This document shows positions 60,841-64,000 of a DNA stretch of 64,000 nucleotides, one piece after another. Position 1 is the stretch's first letter, and the number at the start of each line of letters is the position of its first letter. This stretch comes from the human T2T-CHM13v2.0 reference genome, Homo sapiens: NCBI RefSeq assembly GCF_009914755.1, contig NC_060942.1; one strand, 5' to 3'. The notes under the pieces were generated by a model that was given only the letters and a program-made list of their open reading frames with translations, had not been told where the DNA came from and did not search any database. The position numbers were made by a program, and so were the translations under genes.

Positions 60841-63484
60841 CGTGTTTCTTTATGGAAAAGTATATTCAGTTTGATGATCAATCTATTTCAGTACTGTATT
60901 TTAATTGTCTAAATTTTATTTACTCTCATTTTTTAGGATTTTCCTTCTGTTCTTAAATTTAAAATTACTTTCTTCTTTTTAGCCTGAGATGTTTAATACT
61001 ATTTCATTCTCAAATGACAAATGTCTGTATAAACAAGTTATCTGTTGGAACATAGGGTACAAAGTTTCTTTTAGCATATTCTTCAGTAATGAAAAATTGC
61101 AATACTCTACTATGTGAAATATCAGCATTAAAGATGTTTTTAGTGTTGTTCTGATGGAATAAGAATGGATACCCTTTCCTTCCTTCTTTGCCTGACTACT
61201 TACATACAAAAAGCATATTTATTTCCAGCAATTTGAAGGAGTCTCAGGTGCTTCTAATGTCATAGAAAGTATATTCAACTTAAAACCTACAACTTAACAA
61301 TGTATTTTGCTAAAATTTTCCAATACCCTGTAACTTTGCCATCAATATTTGTCCTAAAGTTGACTCATAACAGTTTCTAGGTGGGGGTATCATTGATATG
61401 AATTGTATATAAATAAGAGATCTGGCTTGGCATCCACACATCTTATGCATGTGTAAGCTAAAGTTATGTTTTATAATGCACATTTTGAGGATTAATAAAA
61501 TTAAAAGACACATTTTTACCAGAATACAACTCAGAAACCTCAGTAACAAGTATGAAAGGTGGAAATGTGTTGCAGGCATGTCATAAACACTTGTTGAATT
61601 GAATCACAGAAGTCTTGGAGATACTTTGTTCTTTTTTGTTTCTCCTGTCTAAATGAGTGAGGCCTACCGTGAATAAGTACATCCACAAACATTCTACATT
61701 CTGAATTCTCTGAAGTGCATAGATTTAGGTAATAGCAATTAGCTATACCATTGCAGTTTGCTAAAAGCAGAATGCTGAGCTGGAGCCTTTATAGCCAGAG
61801 TGAGGGGCTCCCACAAACAGAGTTTGAGCATTATTTTCAGAAAGGAATCTAGGCTAATAAACGGAAATAATATGAATCAAAAACATAACTCAGAAATAAA
61901 GAAGCTTCCCTGAGGAGCCAAAGAGAAATAATATTCTACTCTTCAGATCTTTGCTAACACCCTAGTAGGAAGAGGGTGGTGGTAGTTATTCACAGAAACA
62001 TATATACACAATGAAATCATATATGTATGGCCTAAATGTAGTCTATATGTGTATTATTTATAATTTATTCATTACATTTTAAATTCCATAAAAAATTATT
62101 AAACTCATATCAAGTGCTGGTACGGGGTCCTTAAAGCAAGAACAAATGCACCTAATCCAGTTAAAGACAGGACTGCATAAGGGAAATGCCATTTCACTGA
62201 ATTATTTGAATGATATAACTATCTACTTCATTTCTGTCAATTTCTTGGCCAAATTCCTTAGTTTCAAAGTCTTATTTCTTGTTCTTCACTGTATCTTTAG
62301 TATTTTAACCTTGCTCTTCTTAGCACTTATCTCTCTGATGTCTTGTATCCCAGAGTGAACACAATACCTGCCCAATATGGTATATATTGATTTTTACAAA
62401 GTCCTTGTTTGCAGCCTTGACAAACTGCAAGCAAGATATTTACAGCTATTTTCATAATATGTGCTTGATTTTTCTTAGCTTAGACATTTTTATACTAACA
62501 AAATGCCATATTGAAATCATTCCTTGAAGTACCATTAGGAAGAGGCATTATCAACTGTTTGCCCCAATGTTTCTGAAAGTGTTGTGAGTAAACCAGATGA
62601 GCAAGATTTTAAAAAGTTTAGGTCTGACAGAACTCTGGTTGTGGTAAGTTATTCAATAAATATACATAGATCATTACATCAGCTTCTTGGACAGGTCATT
62701 TTTGAGAAAGAATAGATTCGTATTTTATTTTATATTGTAATATCCATCATTTAATTATTTTGGAATCATATAGATATATTATTAATGGATAGTTATTTTC
62801 ATTAAATGTTTATTAATTTTTTATTTATAAAGGAGGTTCTACTTTCCCTCTCCACCTGGAATTTAAATGACTCTGTGAATCCAGCCTACATACAGCAGAA
62901 AACAAACCTTGGCAGATAACAGTAGCAGCCTGTTTCCAGCAGTCATACTTTATGTCATTTTGGTCTGAATTTTTGTTCATTCTTACACTTGGTAGTTTCT
63001 TAGTTCTTAGACTTTTTTGGGCTCTGATCCCCAAAACAAGTCTTTCTTATTTTGAACAACTGTTTGTACCTTTGCATGTTTCTCTTAAACATCTTTTTGT
63101 GTCCCACTTTGACTTTATACATTGTCATTTTGTAGTCAGAGAAACTGGCACCAGCCAAAGACTCATGGCTTCATACAAGAAGGACCAGATTGGTATGATG
63201 CTAGCCTCTGAGGAAACAATAAATATTGTTTTAGTATACCATATTATTGTATATTTATATATGTATATATTTCATATTATTTCATTGACAACATTTACTT
63301 GGGAGATTTGTCTCAACAAAAATTATAGGAAATTGTAATTCTTAATTAGTAGAGAGCCTACTTTTTATTAAGAAATAATACTACTTCAAATTAAGAAATA
63401 TACATTATACATATCATAAAATATTACTAAGAATATGATAGTTTATAACAAATTATCAATATACATAGAGGGATTTTGATATTA

Positions 63485-63700
63485 ACAATAGCTAATATTT
63501 TTGTATGTTTACGTTGTGCCATGCACTGTTCTAGTAGCTTTACCTATATTAACTAATTTTATTCTCACAACAACCTTATGTGATAAGAACTAGTATTATT
63601 TCAATTTTATTAAAACCGATGAGAAAACTGAAGCAGAGAAGTTAAGCAGCTCGCCCAGTTTTATACCCAAACACAGTTAGTGAATAATTGAGAACCAAAA
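63485..63700 (-). mobile_element. MIR
   Basis: 'gtgccatgcactgttct...ttctcacaacaaccttatg...gatgagaaaactgaagcagagaagttaag'. Confidence 0.8.
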
Positions 63701-64000
63701 TGAAAATAATACTGAATTGATTATTTTATATAACAAAGTTTAGTGGATAGGGGGCCATTCAAAGTAATCTCACAAATATTGAATAATTTTCATATCTACT
63801 GCTGAAGGGACATAGAGGGAGGTAAGCAGGCACATGAAGGGTTACCTAAGGTAACTGAAGAAAGGAGCAATCAGAGAAGGAACTCTAAAGAATGAACTAA
63901 GTCATGATAAACAGTGGAGTTAGTTTGGTGAGGTGGGAAGCAGGAAGCTGAAAGAGAGTGGAGTTTGGAAACTCTTCCAGACAGAAAGAATAGGAAGTGC

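Noticed and set aside
62952-63338. 128-aa ORF with a hydrophobic, signal-peptide-like N-terminus
   Set aside because: The F/L/I richness is what T-rich DNA produces. There is no recognisable domain or promoter context.

Overview
This is AT-rich, CpG-depleted primate (human-like) genomic DNA, either intergenic or deep within a long intron. I find no supportable host protein-coding exon, RNA gene, CpG-island promoter or CRISPR array. The recognisable long ORFs are LINE-1 ORF2 remnants, and the rest come from Alu, LTR or Tigger sequence or occur by chance. Much of the window is interspersed repeat: L1PA/L1PB/L1M elements, 11 Alus, ERV1/ERVL/MaLR solo LTRs, L2 and MIR relics, MER1B and MER63 hAT elements, and a full-length dead Tigger2. 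The most notable structures are (i) a ~195-bp ungapped inverted duplication with ~80% identity (36937-37130 vs 38227-38420), (ii) a twin-primed, 5'-inverted young L1 with a perfect 12-bp TSD, (iii) an ~875-bp almost pure A/T tandem array at an L1 tail, (iv) a 28-bp minisatellite inside an MST LTR, and (v) a polypyrimidine-CAG|GTAAG motif resembling a recursive splice site. I see no convincing evidence of a new biological system. Subfamily names are recalled from consensus sequences and need RepeatMasker/Dfam confirmation.
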